Positions 12,235-23,900 of a stretch of 64,000 bases of DNA are shown here, one piece after another. Every line of letters begins with the position of its first letter. Position 1 is the stretch's first letter. The notes under the pieces are model-generated. The model made no database searches, was not told the origin of the DNA, and worked only from the letters and a program-made list of their open reading frames with translations. The position numbers and the translations under genes are program-made. Source of the stretch: Oculina patagonica (lineage: Eukaryota); contig NC_135764.1 in NCBI RefSeq assembly GCF_052425735.1, forward strand, positions 18,786,001 to 18,850,000, written 5' to 3'.

Positions 12235-14217
12235 ATGGTTCTCAATCTTGCTCAAGTCGAAGACAGCCTCGTTTTCCAAACAGGTCAAGATGTGATGGCA
12301 AACAACGGTGTTGTACTGTTTGGAATGAGCCCTGGAAATCCGTACTTTAAATCCCGCGTCATCGAGGACTATGTAGAGTACTTGGGAAAGGAACAGAGAA
12401 GAATCATTGTGGTGGTACCTCAGCAGCCTGCAGAACACACATACAGAGCTTTGGGAAGCAAGGATGCTGTCAAACGAGCCAAGAAAAATTCCAGTCAGCT
12501 CAAGTCGCATTGCAGGAGAGCAATTGAAAAGGTAACAGACGATAAGTTTAAGCACTGTTTATTATAGAAAATGGGAAAGTATCGGATTTTTCCCCTTCTT
12601 TTGCAAAACTATATGAGCAACGTCGCAGTACAGTTATATACCTCCTTGTGCAATTCTCCGTTTGGTTATTTACGTTATATTTTTTAATGAAACATCCAAT
12701 CGGGTTAATATTTTGCACAGATAAGTTGATAACAACATAATTTTATTAGCTAGCTTTCTTCAGCCCCGAAGAAGGCATTTTGACATTTTATTGGGCCCGG
12801 CCCGAAAAAAAAAATAAAAAATAGTTATCATAACTTTGGGTGAAGATGACATCTCATCTGAATTCATCGTCCAAAATGTCCTGACTTACCAGCTTAGTAT
12901 TACATGAAATTTTATCCGTGGAGTACATTCTGTTTTACGTCACGTCACTATATTTTTGCCTCACTTTACAACAATAGGGCCAACTTGGCTCAATCGTATA
13001 GCTGTGCGACTGTATTAGTTAAAATACCCCGGTTTAATAATAACGTTCTTACCCGGGTGATATTTTTTCCCCTGTGTAGGTGGGTAAGTCTGAGGCAATG
13101 GCCGGAGATTTTTACATGTTGGACTGGACTCGAGAAGTTGATACACACAAAGCATATATAGAAGCATTGGACTTCGTTATTAAGTTTTATAAGAACAATT
13201 CCAACTTCCGTTTAGATGTGGTAAAATCTACTGCTAAGGTTTTGGGAAAAGACGCCACTTCCTCAGATGAGAGTGAATCAGGTAGGCAAGTGGTTTTCCA
13301 CTAAAAAAAGGCGATTAGTTTCTCAAGAATTGTTGTGTCCTTACAATCGTTCTTTAAACTTAGTTTGTGCTTCTCCCTGCTAACATTAGTAACATATCCG
13401 TCCGTTTGATGCCATGTTTTAATTTCCAACTCAGTTGTACAGTAGAATCCTGATTTCTCGAAACCTTTGGGGGAACGTTGCCAAAATCGGCAGTTTCAAG
13501 GGTTCGAGCGAAATCGGGATATTACTGTCCGTGACAGCTTTCATCTATTTCTTGTCTTCAGTAAAGCATCTGATAGGTCTATCATAACTGTTGAAACATT
13601 TCACAATAACGTTTTTCTTGCTTAGTTGCTGTACGGCTTTCCTCAGCCCACAGGTCAATTCATTTCGATGACGTAGCCGAGACGAAAGCTTCGCAAGCAT
13701 CACGTGACCAATCCGAAACGACCGCGCGACGAATTTACCGAACGGCGTAATTTTCGAAGCTTAAAAACTAGGCAAAAAGCTGGCGAATACAGCCGCCTCT
13801 CATTCGAATGAGAGGCGGCTGTATTCGCAGCCTACTAGGCAAACGTTTCCTCGCAACAAAGGGCAGGAGAGGGAGGGTGTGTATGGCAGGGTGTTTGCAT
13901 ATAATTAGGAGAGACTCTACCTCAGTCTACTGATTCAGCACATTTTGTTGATACTGATGTGGTTTAACTTATTGGTAAATCTTTCTTTTTAAGAAACCTC
14001 TGACTCTGAGCTCGAGGTAGACGAAAACATCCAGGAAGGAGTGTACTACTTGCTAAAAGAACTTGCTTTTATAATCTCCAGCAAAGAGATCTTTAGGACA
14101 GACAGCGTGGCTGTCATTTACCATCGCAGCTGGCCTGTGTATGAGAAGTTTGTAAACGGAGATTATGACGGGGAGCCCAAGAAAGGACTGGGACTGGCCA
14201 TTATAAAATACAATTAA
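12235..14217 (+). CDS. tRNA-dependent cyclodipeptide synthase (CDPS, NYH subfamily), 240 aa, 3 exons (12235-12531, 13080-13281, 13994-14217)
   Basis: GT-AG introns in phases 0 and 1 give 723 nt. Motifs: LFGMSPGNPYF (catalytic Ser and Asn, AlbC S37/N40), basic helix KDAVKRAKKNSSQLKSHCRRAIEK, YLLKELAF (Y178/E182), VIYHR (Y202/H203). Exon 3 is absent from the ORF track because it has no start codon. AATAAA at 14496. Confidence 0.93.
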
Positions 14218-16124
14218 ATACTTGCCGAAATGTCGCTCTCGGTGAAGAGTTTCGAGTGGTGCGTGAATCGGGACAATAGCTTTACTAGTAAGAGTTTTTT
14301 TAAACAGAGGCCTTTTGTAAGGTTTCAGTTACGAGGTAAAGCTCGGAATTTGAAGAAGAGACTTCTTTTTCTACCAGTTTCTAGAAAACTGTTTGATATG
14401 ACACAACGAGTTTAAACTTATTCGTTTCCAGTTAATTGTACCTTCATATTTATTTATATTTATAACCACTAAAAATATAAGTCAGAAAACTGATCAATAA
14501 AACAGATAAGAATCACAAATGCTGTTTAGTTTTAACTGACTCTACTCCCCAAGAATAATGTTTATTTGAAGTAAGCGCAACCACAAACAAGTGCTCTTGT
14601 TCTTTTATACAGCTGGGACTTAGTGTCTCTAAATGTAAAAGTTTTAAATTACAAGAAAAGAAATTATGAGTATACATAATGTGATTACGCCGGTTGTATG
14701 TGCTGCGCGAGCATATTGTTTGTCCAGAGTTCCTTTAGCTGCTTTCAGAGATCTCCTCTTTTGCTCATAGCCTCGAGTCAGTCATTACATATATTGAACA
14801 AGTGGACCACATTTTTCCATGGTATCGTGACGTCATATAATGTTCAAAACTCAAGTGGAACCACGAGCCGCAGGCGGATGGTTTCAATGCAAAGTTTTGG
14901 AAATTTTATGTCGTCAATACTGTGATCTATAAGAGTGTAGAACATGGAAAAATATGGTCGATTTATAAGTTTATTTTTTTTACAGCAAAAATTCACCTGT
15001 TTATTAGAAGAGAAATCACGCGCACATGACAGCCGTAAGAGCAGTCACTTTTTTGGCTTGAAGCGCACGAGTTCTTTGGAAATTTTGCCCCAAACGCTTC
15101 ATTTCGTAACTCTTAGGTTTCGAATAATTGGAAAAGTCGCGACAATTTCTCAAGTCGCTAAAAGGTGCCTTGCTTTGCGTTACAGGTTATGTTACTTTCA
15201 TCAACCATAGCTCTCGATCGCGACCAATGAGCGCGCGGGAATTCTCTCAGTTATTGTAAAAAACAACAAACAAACAAAAAACCTACGAAACTAAATAAAA
15301 ACGAAAAATAAAGCTCTATAAAAATTACAAGTTTTTCAGATGCAGGACAGATACTTTCAAATATCTAAATAGGATTGAGATTTCTGTCAAACATTTTCAC
15401 TATGCGCAAAAATAGTTTCGGATCTTGGAACAAAATTTCACTCATATAGATATGAACACACAGAGAGTAAAGACTTCGTTGCTTTATTTAGAAATACAAT
15501 GTTCATTATTGTTTGGGGCAAATAACAAATTCATCATTCTAAGCGTAGTGTATGTACACTGATAACGATATCATTCTTTGACATCTTAGAGTTCAGTGGC
15601 TATCATCACTGAGTACACGGTATTAAAAGAGAACTATATATGAAGTTTATTACCCTCGTTATCTAACAAATGTTCGTGTTAGGCAAGTTAATTTAAGAGA
15701 AAGTGTATGAGCGTAAGTGATAGGGCCCCAACTCTTCTTTGAGTTAAGATCCTTGGAGCTAGCGTACTGCAATGAAGCCCTGAAGCTTTTAAAAATTGCC
15801 ACTTTGGTCACCATGGGTCGAAAATAAGTTAATTACCCAAAGAGATCGTCCTCAAAAATTCCCTTATTTTTCTTATCATTATTTTTTTCAGTTGTAGCCA
15901 ATTTGTTCCATTTGTAAGTAAATTAATTTAATTTTAATATTACAAATGAATTAATGTTGTATAATCATTTCTATAGACAATACTTTTTTAAATAGAATGA
16001 CGCTCGTTAAAAGAGTCTTACATCATTATTTTAAATAGCACCCAGGACTGGAAACATATTACCATAGTGCTCATGGCTGAAAATGTACTGTAGGCAAGGG
16101 GTGAGCTCCCTTACAGCCGATATT

Positions 16125-19100
16125 TTAACTATGCTCATCATGATCCTCATGGCTTCTCTGTACATATCCGGAAACATGTTTAAGTCTCTTGTCATGAGGA
16201 GTCATTAGCCCTTGTTCTACAGAGCCAGCTAATGTGTCTTCCAGTGAGGATGTCCGTCTATTCTCGGGTAAAAGCGGGATTTCCTCTGGCTCAGGTGGAC
16301 GGTACAGGTACAAAAACAGGATGATCCCCAGCAGGGTTAGTCCAGCGGAGCCCATGAACAGAAGCTCCCATCCCTGAATTGATAACTCGGCTTTGCTGAG
16401 GAGTGGAGCGATCACTTTGCCGGCCGACATTGCAGCAATACAGTAAGGCATTATGACCGGCTGGAGGAGAAAAACAAATGACACAAAATTATAAATACTT
16501 TTAAAAACATGCAAAGAGATCAGTCGTTTGATGAGCTACCCCGTTTGTTGCACGTTAAGAGAGGGGTGGTGGTGGTGGGGGGAGTAATGCCTAACATATC
16601 CCAATACTTTCGTTTCCTCATCAAAAGCAATGCCTTTTCAAACAAGCAAGTAACAAGAATAGAAAATTTATCACACGTTCCTAAGATGCTTTGTTTTTTG
16701 AATATATATGCGCTGCACGCGAAAGGGAGAGATGTCGGAGTCAGGTCGTTAGCAAAGCTACTGAATAGAGAAGATGCCGAGTTTTTCTCATTCTGGGAAG
16801 CTGTCACAAGCAAATCAACTAATATGGGTGTGATTGCCTACAGCAGGCTCTTTATGAACGGTTTGTTCTTACCATCATTGACTTGGCCACATATTTAGTC
16901 GTCAGTGAAGGTAATATTACTCCAGCAACGGAATACGTTAAAAACACCATGATTGCCCCACCAATGAAAAGAGCTTCCTTAACTGGAACTCGCAATGTAT
17001 TTAGAACCTGAAAAAATGAATGAAAGGTAGAAATAACATTGATTTTGTGAACGATAACCACAAATCAGAGATCAAGCATGTTGAACCCGGCCACTGTTCT
17101 CTTGTCCTAATAGAAGTAGGGGTGGGACTCCGTTTTTGAGAGCAGATGCTGATATAATGGGACATTACATTAAAACAACCAGAAGAGGAAAAGAAGTAAC
17201 TCCCAAAAAGGTACGAGAAAGAGCGTCATTTAAAACGCTTCAAATTTGAGGTATTACAGACACCCAGGATTACAGAGCTTAGGTATGGGATAAATCATGC
17301 TTTCCTCTGAAAATATGATAAAGAGAGCAGTACAATCCCATCAAAACGTTTGAGTAATTTTATCCCTTACTCGGATAGATAACAAGGATAAGTGTTAATG
17401 TCCTACATTGTGGAGACAGAACGGTATACATTTTCCATCACGACAGGCAAACATTGAATTAAGGAATTTTGACTCAAGAAATAAAACATTTCGCACTCAC
17501 TGAAGGTCCACCGAGATATGAAATCCCTATTGCGATGATCATGAACATGTAACAGACTGTAAGGACTCTTCTGTCGCCATGTTTATTGTTAGTCATACAC
17601 TTGGCTTTAGACATGAACGCCATGGTAAGCGCGGCTACTGTAGCTGTTCCTGAGACGCCCACCATCAACCAACCGTACTGCCAGACTTTAAAGTGGAAAT
17701 GGTTGTAAGCGACCAATGGCAGCACAAAGCCAACCCATGTGGTTATGAAGCCATTCAAAAGGTACAGCATCAAGCCCAAGAGAACACCACGTGACTTGAG
17801 TGAGCGTGCCACTGACACGCCATCGTCAGTGTCCCCTTAAAGAGAGTTCATGGAGTCACCATTTTTAGGGTCATTGTGCCTCTTAGAGAGGGTGAAAAGT
17901 TAAAAATTTCATTTAACTGCGAAATAAACCTACAGTAAACACCACAGTGTTCCGACTGACTGCGTTTCAAGGGGAGGGGCTTAACAGGCACGGCCAGGGG
18001 AAGAGGGGAGGGGGGAGGGGGAAGGGAGGAGTGGGATACCAATATATCTCATTTCTTTCCCCTGGGATACCAATATACCTTAAAAATGCAACAACGTCGT
18101 TAAAAGATACCTCAAATTGTTGAAATATAGAATACCCTATACCTGAAAATTTTTACAAAAAATACTGAATACCTTGGTAAAACACCCTAGATACTGTATA
18201 CCCCAAACCCCTGGCCGGGCCAGGCTTATGGTGCGTGTTTCTAAGGTAAGACCCTAAATCCGTAGGAGAAGCTAACAGAGGGAATGCGGTATTTCCTAAA
18301 TCATTTATAGCACCATCTTCTACCTTGCGAAAACGTGGAGTGTTTTTCTTTTATAACAACATATCCTTGTATGAAAATATTACTTAATGTTACTATATTT
18401 ACACGCAACTGTAATCAGAGTTGCACTATTTCTGGTTCCTCTGCGTTGTAGGATTATTTTTCTCTTTTCTCTTCTTATTACAGAATTTTTCAGTTTTCAC
18501 AATTCCAATCGTGTGTCCCCTAGCATGACGTTTGTCAATCAAAGTCATGCCATAGTCGTGCAACAAGACCAGCTAAGTCTCTGTCACCGAGCCAATCAAC
18601 TAACAACTCAATCAACTTACCAATTGGAGAACAGTCCTTTTCATCCAGAACAAACGTGACTAAGATTAAACAGATGCATAAGAACAGGATGGTGAGAGCA
18701 GCTGGAGCGGAGAACTCGTCGAGTCCTGTTGCTTTACCGAGAGCATTCTTACTAAAGTTGGGTAAAAACGTCGCTGATGCTGTGAGAAAAAAAAGCCAGG
18801 AATAAAGATTAGATTTTACCCAAGCCTTGATGACGATCCGGGGAGGGGGGAGGGGTTGCTAAGGCATTGATGCTGCTGCTAATTGCAATGTCAAAAGAAG
18901 ACAAAAATACTAAAACTCGCAACGAAGACGTCATTTTAATGATGGTATTAGTAATGTTTTCATCAACAGACAGGTCAATATTTGTTGTGGATGGACTTAC
19001 CAATCGTAGATGACATCACTCCAACCATGCACGTCACTCTGTAGTAAGACATGAATTTTGTGCGGGATTCTCGACTGGTGTTGGCGCCGATAAAACCATA

Positions 19101-20489
19101 AGCAACTCCTCCGCTACCTGGAAACAAAACAGGACAATCAGGAAATGAAGGTTTTATGTTGGCCACAAAGCTGGTCACATGGTTTTTAAAAGAGAACAAT
19201 TCTTTCGGTATTGTTGGATACAGGGGTAATCTTAATTATCCTTGTTATATGCTTATTGCTTTAAAATTACACAAGATCCTTTAACATCAATACTTTCGAG
19301 ACTCTTAGACTTTAATCTCAACGAATCATTCCCTTTTGCTCATTGGGGGCTGCCAGGAAAAATCTTGTTTCTTTTTTTCGCGGGAAATGACAGTTGACCA
19401 TCACAAAACAAATAATTAGTCGATTCTCTCACCTGCGCCGAAGCCAGCCAAAGCTCTTCCCAGAATAATCAGCACAACTGAGTTAGCTTTGTGTGCAGCC
19501 ATGTATGTCACGTTTCCACCAATAGCGATTATAAGAGAAGCTATAAGAACAATCTTGATCTGACACAGTTTCTTAACAAGCAGGCTGGCTACTGGCTGAG
19601 AAATTCCCTGTCCCAAGGGAAATAGACTCTGCGCCAAGGAGAGGTAAACTGCGGCAGAAGACGTTGTCTTAGATAGCTGAAGAGAGTCAAGAAAAGCTCG
19701 TTAGCCTACTTTCGAACCCCACCCAGGGGCTTTATAGGCTCGATTTCTGCTGCTCTTTCGGGCTCGCTTTTCCCGAACAGGGGCTGATATATGAGCCTAG
19801 GGGTTTTACCAATCTAGAGGAGGGATCCCCCTTTGTAGATTCATGCAGTTGACGTTTCGAGCGGGGGTCAGCGAAGGATTTGACAAATGGAGAACGCATG
19901 AAACACTGTAAACACCACCATCCTATCGGAAGAAGCGTTTGTAAGATTGTGATGGTTTGTGAGCAGTTTAAAATATCAAGCTTGTCTTGAAATATATGTT
20001 TTCTAAAAGACTATGTAACAGCTGTTATGCATTTAAACGTTAACAGTGTTATGTTCAAAACGCGAGCGGAAACAGAGCAAGAAATATTCATGTTTCGGTT
20101 CCAAAGACTTCATCGTCAACTGGCTGACATATCGTTTCAAGATCGATTTTGTTTGCCTAGCTAGAGATGCCTGTTTTCAATAAATTTAATTACAGTTTCT
20201 AACTCGGAGAACTCATTAAGCAACTGGCCAGCAGATTTTTAAAGGATAGATTATTATTTAAACGTGGAAAATCATTTCCGGTTTCATTATATTTGATTTC
20301 ACGGTGATTTCGATACTCGTGTTTGTGAAATAAATAAATAATAAAAGAAATAAAATTCATACCTTGAATGAAAGATATACTTACAGAAAGGATGTATGGG
20401 TATATTGAAGTCATAACTACGGCCCATTCCAGATAATTAACAAAGCCAACCAGTAGAACCACGGCAATGTTCGTTTTGCTCAATGCCAT
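16125..20489 (-). CDS. Major facilitator superfamily transporter (MFSD8/CLN7-like), ~476 aa, 7 exons (20489-20385, 19676-19433, 19117-19001, 18779-18621, 17835-17501, 17007-16873, 16460-16125)
   Basis: Many hydrophobic helices; TM1 FVNYLEWAVVMTSIYPYI; motif ILGRALAGFGAG; AYGFIGANTSRESRTKFMS. Splice phases are consistent (1431 nt). Confidence 0.88.
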
Positions 20490-20943
20490 ATCGAAGGCTG
20501 CGAATGTTGCTTTCAGTAATGGAATAAATATTTGCTGTCGATAACAAGCTTTGACAAGGAAACTTGTTCAAAGATAAACAGCGAAATGTTCCTTTCACGG
20601 CTTGAGCTTGTTTTATGTGCCTCTTGCAAAATGAAGGAACTCTTCAAAATAGATTTTGAAATACATTACTCTTACAAGCGCGTGACGTGACGTCATTGGC
20701 GCTGTATCTGAAAGGGAATACCCGCTTCGTCTTGTGACTTTCGGGGAATACTTCCGGTTTCAAGGCCAGTGTGACTTCAACGTTGCACAATCGTTTTTCT
20801 CCGAATTTAGGGGTGTGAAATCCATGTCAGTTCTCTTTATAGATTAATTAGTACGGACTTTCCCTTTTCTATGCTTATAGCCCAGTGAAAACGAAACTTT
20901 GAAACAATGAAGTTCAAACCCTGCTAGAGATCGGTCAGGCACA
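20490..20943. promoter_or_regulatory. Short bidirectional promoter between the MFS and acyltransferase-fold genes
   Basis: About 450 bp between divergent ATGs. TGACGTCA at 20688, TGTGACTT at 20733 and 20770, kB-like GGGAATACCC at 20714 and CGGACTTTCC at 20854. Confidence 0.5.
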
Positions 20944-23900
20944 ATGCACCGATTATCGAGTCCTCGCTCTGTCTTCACAAGAGTGTTTTATTATCGGAAC
21001 AGTTTCCCTTCCTCGCTGCTATGTGCAGCAACAAAACCCGCAGAGCATCTCATAGAGGAAGAGGCTAACCGCATCACAAAGGATATCAAGGCAAGCCTTT
21101 CATTTTTTTGAGCATTGAGACCACAGTGTGGCTGTGGCTTGAGACCATAGTTGATCGAGGATAGAAATCAACATTAATTTCATATTGACCAGGAAAAATA
21201 ATTTTAATTAATAATTCTTTAAAAAGGTTCAAGGTAAAGCCAACCTACAGTACCTTTGCTTCCGAATGCAAGCAGACTTCCGCTTCGTGTAAATCGGTAC
21301 TCGAATACGGTACTCGATGACTCTCTTCCGAATGGGGATGATTTTATTGTTTCATAATTGTTGTGCGTGGCAAACACAAATCACCACGTGCAAGTTCTGT
21401 AACGCTGTTGAATTGGGTGGTGTTTCTGTTAAAAAGAACTTGGTTTCTGCCTTCAAAATTTATTTGGAAAGTAGTGCTTTAAAAGATTCTCGATTCATCG
21501 ATAGGAAAAGAAGAAATAGCAAAGAGGGCCTCTCAAGAGGGGGGGGGGGGGGGGAAACCATGTTCCTTTGTTCCCAACAAAATTTTCCTTGTGTTCCCGT
21601 GTTCCCTAAGAGTTTTTTTTTTCGATGAAGTCTTTACAAATGAGAATGTGACAATGCGCGTATGAAATAAATCAGCAATTGTGTGAACTGTGGATAATCA
21701 ACCCAAGTGACGCAGTGGTGACGTCGTAAACTCAACATTAACCCTGTTCTCATAAGCTCTTGACGTCCTGAACAGCTGTTACTGACGCACAAATGATATC
21801 AGGTGGCCAAATTCTGCTAAACTGAACTACACACGGAAAACCTATTAATTTCACGGGGCAAAACAGGATTTTCTGGCGTAATAAATTTAAGTATGACCTT
21901 CGCGGCACTGAGCTATCTTTCAAAAAATTTAGCCCTAATAAGGCCAATAGCTATAAAAACCCTCTCCCCCCAACCTGCAAAATCAATGTCCGAAAAAGAA
22001 AAGTTACGTTGTAATAAAAACTTCAAATATTCTACTAGTCACAGGAAGCGTTGGGAAAACCAGACTTGCAGAAGAGAGTACTGAAGTGGGATGAAAAGTT
22101 GCCAATTCCTGACCCTCCCCCACTGAAGAGTCTCTTGGACTTTTTAGTCCGAAGGCGAACACTGTCTTGTTCAAGTGGTTTGCAGCTTGGTTTGAACAAG
22201 CTTCTTGTTCGATCTGCTATCCGTGTCTTGGGACTTCAACGTGCACATGAAAGGTGAACGAGAAAAAAACTTGTAATATCTAGACTGGTGACACAGTAAA
22301 TAGTTCTTTTATATTTAAAACTGGTCCCTTGAGAAACAAATATATTTTTTTCGGGGGATGGAGCTAGGGGAAACGTCGAGATTCGAGGGAAAAAATTGAT
22401 TGGTTTCCCGACTTTAGAAGAACGGAGCTCGAGGCCGTCGGTCAACATTCGCGGATCGCGGTGTACTGTTACCCTCTGACGTCATAGATTTTGCAATGTA
22501 ACCCGCTCAGAGACTTTTGGCGGGAAAAAGTTTTGTTGTTGGAGGAAAAAACTCATGCTTTTCTATTCCAATGCCATTTATCTCCTAGATTTTCTTAAAA
22601 GGGCGTAGGACAAGTGAGGTTATAGGCCGCAACCTTGAAATGTGCAAGTTTACGCAATTATTATGCATTGTAAATTTATGTGACTGCATGTGTGAAATAA
22701 ATGTTATCTTTTATAGAAAACAATTATCTTATTATCCCCAAAGTCCTCTCAGGCTTTCAGTCTCACTTCTTTTTCCTCGTTCACCAAAGGTTAAACACAT
22801 TATTTTCTCTTGGTTTTAACGCATACTAATATATTGTTTTCTTCTGGCCTTAGAATGTGTGAACAGCACTCAAGCGACACTGTACACAACTGTTGGTATG
22901 CGCCAGCCAATCACGGCGACACATTTGGTATCCGCCATGATGAAATATACTTCCACGAAGACATTATTCCTTCACAGCCTGTGACGTCATATGCTGTGCT
23001 GATCCGGGGGAGCCCAGGTAATCCTGGGACATCAGTTGATGGCGGCATTGGAGAAAACGAGAGTTCACTAAATGTTGCTTCGATAAACAACCCAGATGTC
23101 ATGGTTGACCGTGCCGCCTCTCTTGTAGATGGACTCATCATGAAAGCCAGGGATTTTTACATGAGCAGTGAATTTAACCAAGATGTGATCAAGAAGACAC
23201 CACTCTCTATGCAGTGGTATAATTACATCTTTTCGTGCTCTATGCAGTTTCTCCCAGGTTCCATTGAGCGCTACAAGGCCCCTGCAGGTCACTCAAGGCA
23301 CATCATTGTGATGATGCGTGGTAACATGTACAAAATGGATCTTATATACAGCAATGAAGACGGACAAGAGAAGAGAATCACAGGCAATGAACTAAAAGTA
23401 AGTAAAGTAAAACTTAAAGGAGAAGTTCACTCCAGAATGGTCATTTATTTTTTATTTTAAGATATGTTATTCACCAAAATTTTAGCCTCCAACGTTCGCT
23501 ATAACCCTATGAAATCTTTTGCAAAACGCGACAACTGAACGCCGCCATCTTGGAGCTGGTAATGTATGCGTGACGTCAAAGAGCTCAGCCTGAAGTTCGG
23601 AGGGAAAATTTTAATAGTCGAAACTCCTTGTTTTTTGTATTTCATGGAGCTCTGTTTGAGCAAAATGAAGCTGCACAAACAGGCATTTTGTCAAACAAAA
23701 GCCACTACGAAGAAACAAATAGTTCCGAGTATTTATATTTTAAAGTAAGCACTTGTAGATACACATACATACATGTATATAGTATGTAGTGAGTCCAGTT
23801 CACTAATAAACATAATTATATTTATATTTTCCCGCCAAACTTCAGGCTGAGCTCTTTGACGTCATGCATACATTACCAGCTCCAAGATGGCGGCGTTCAG

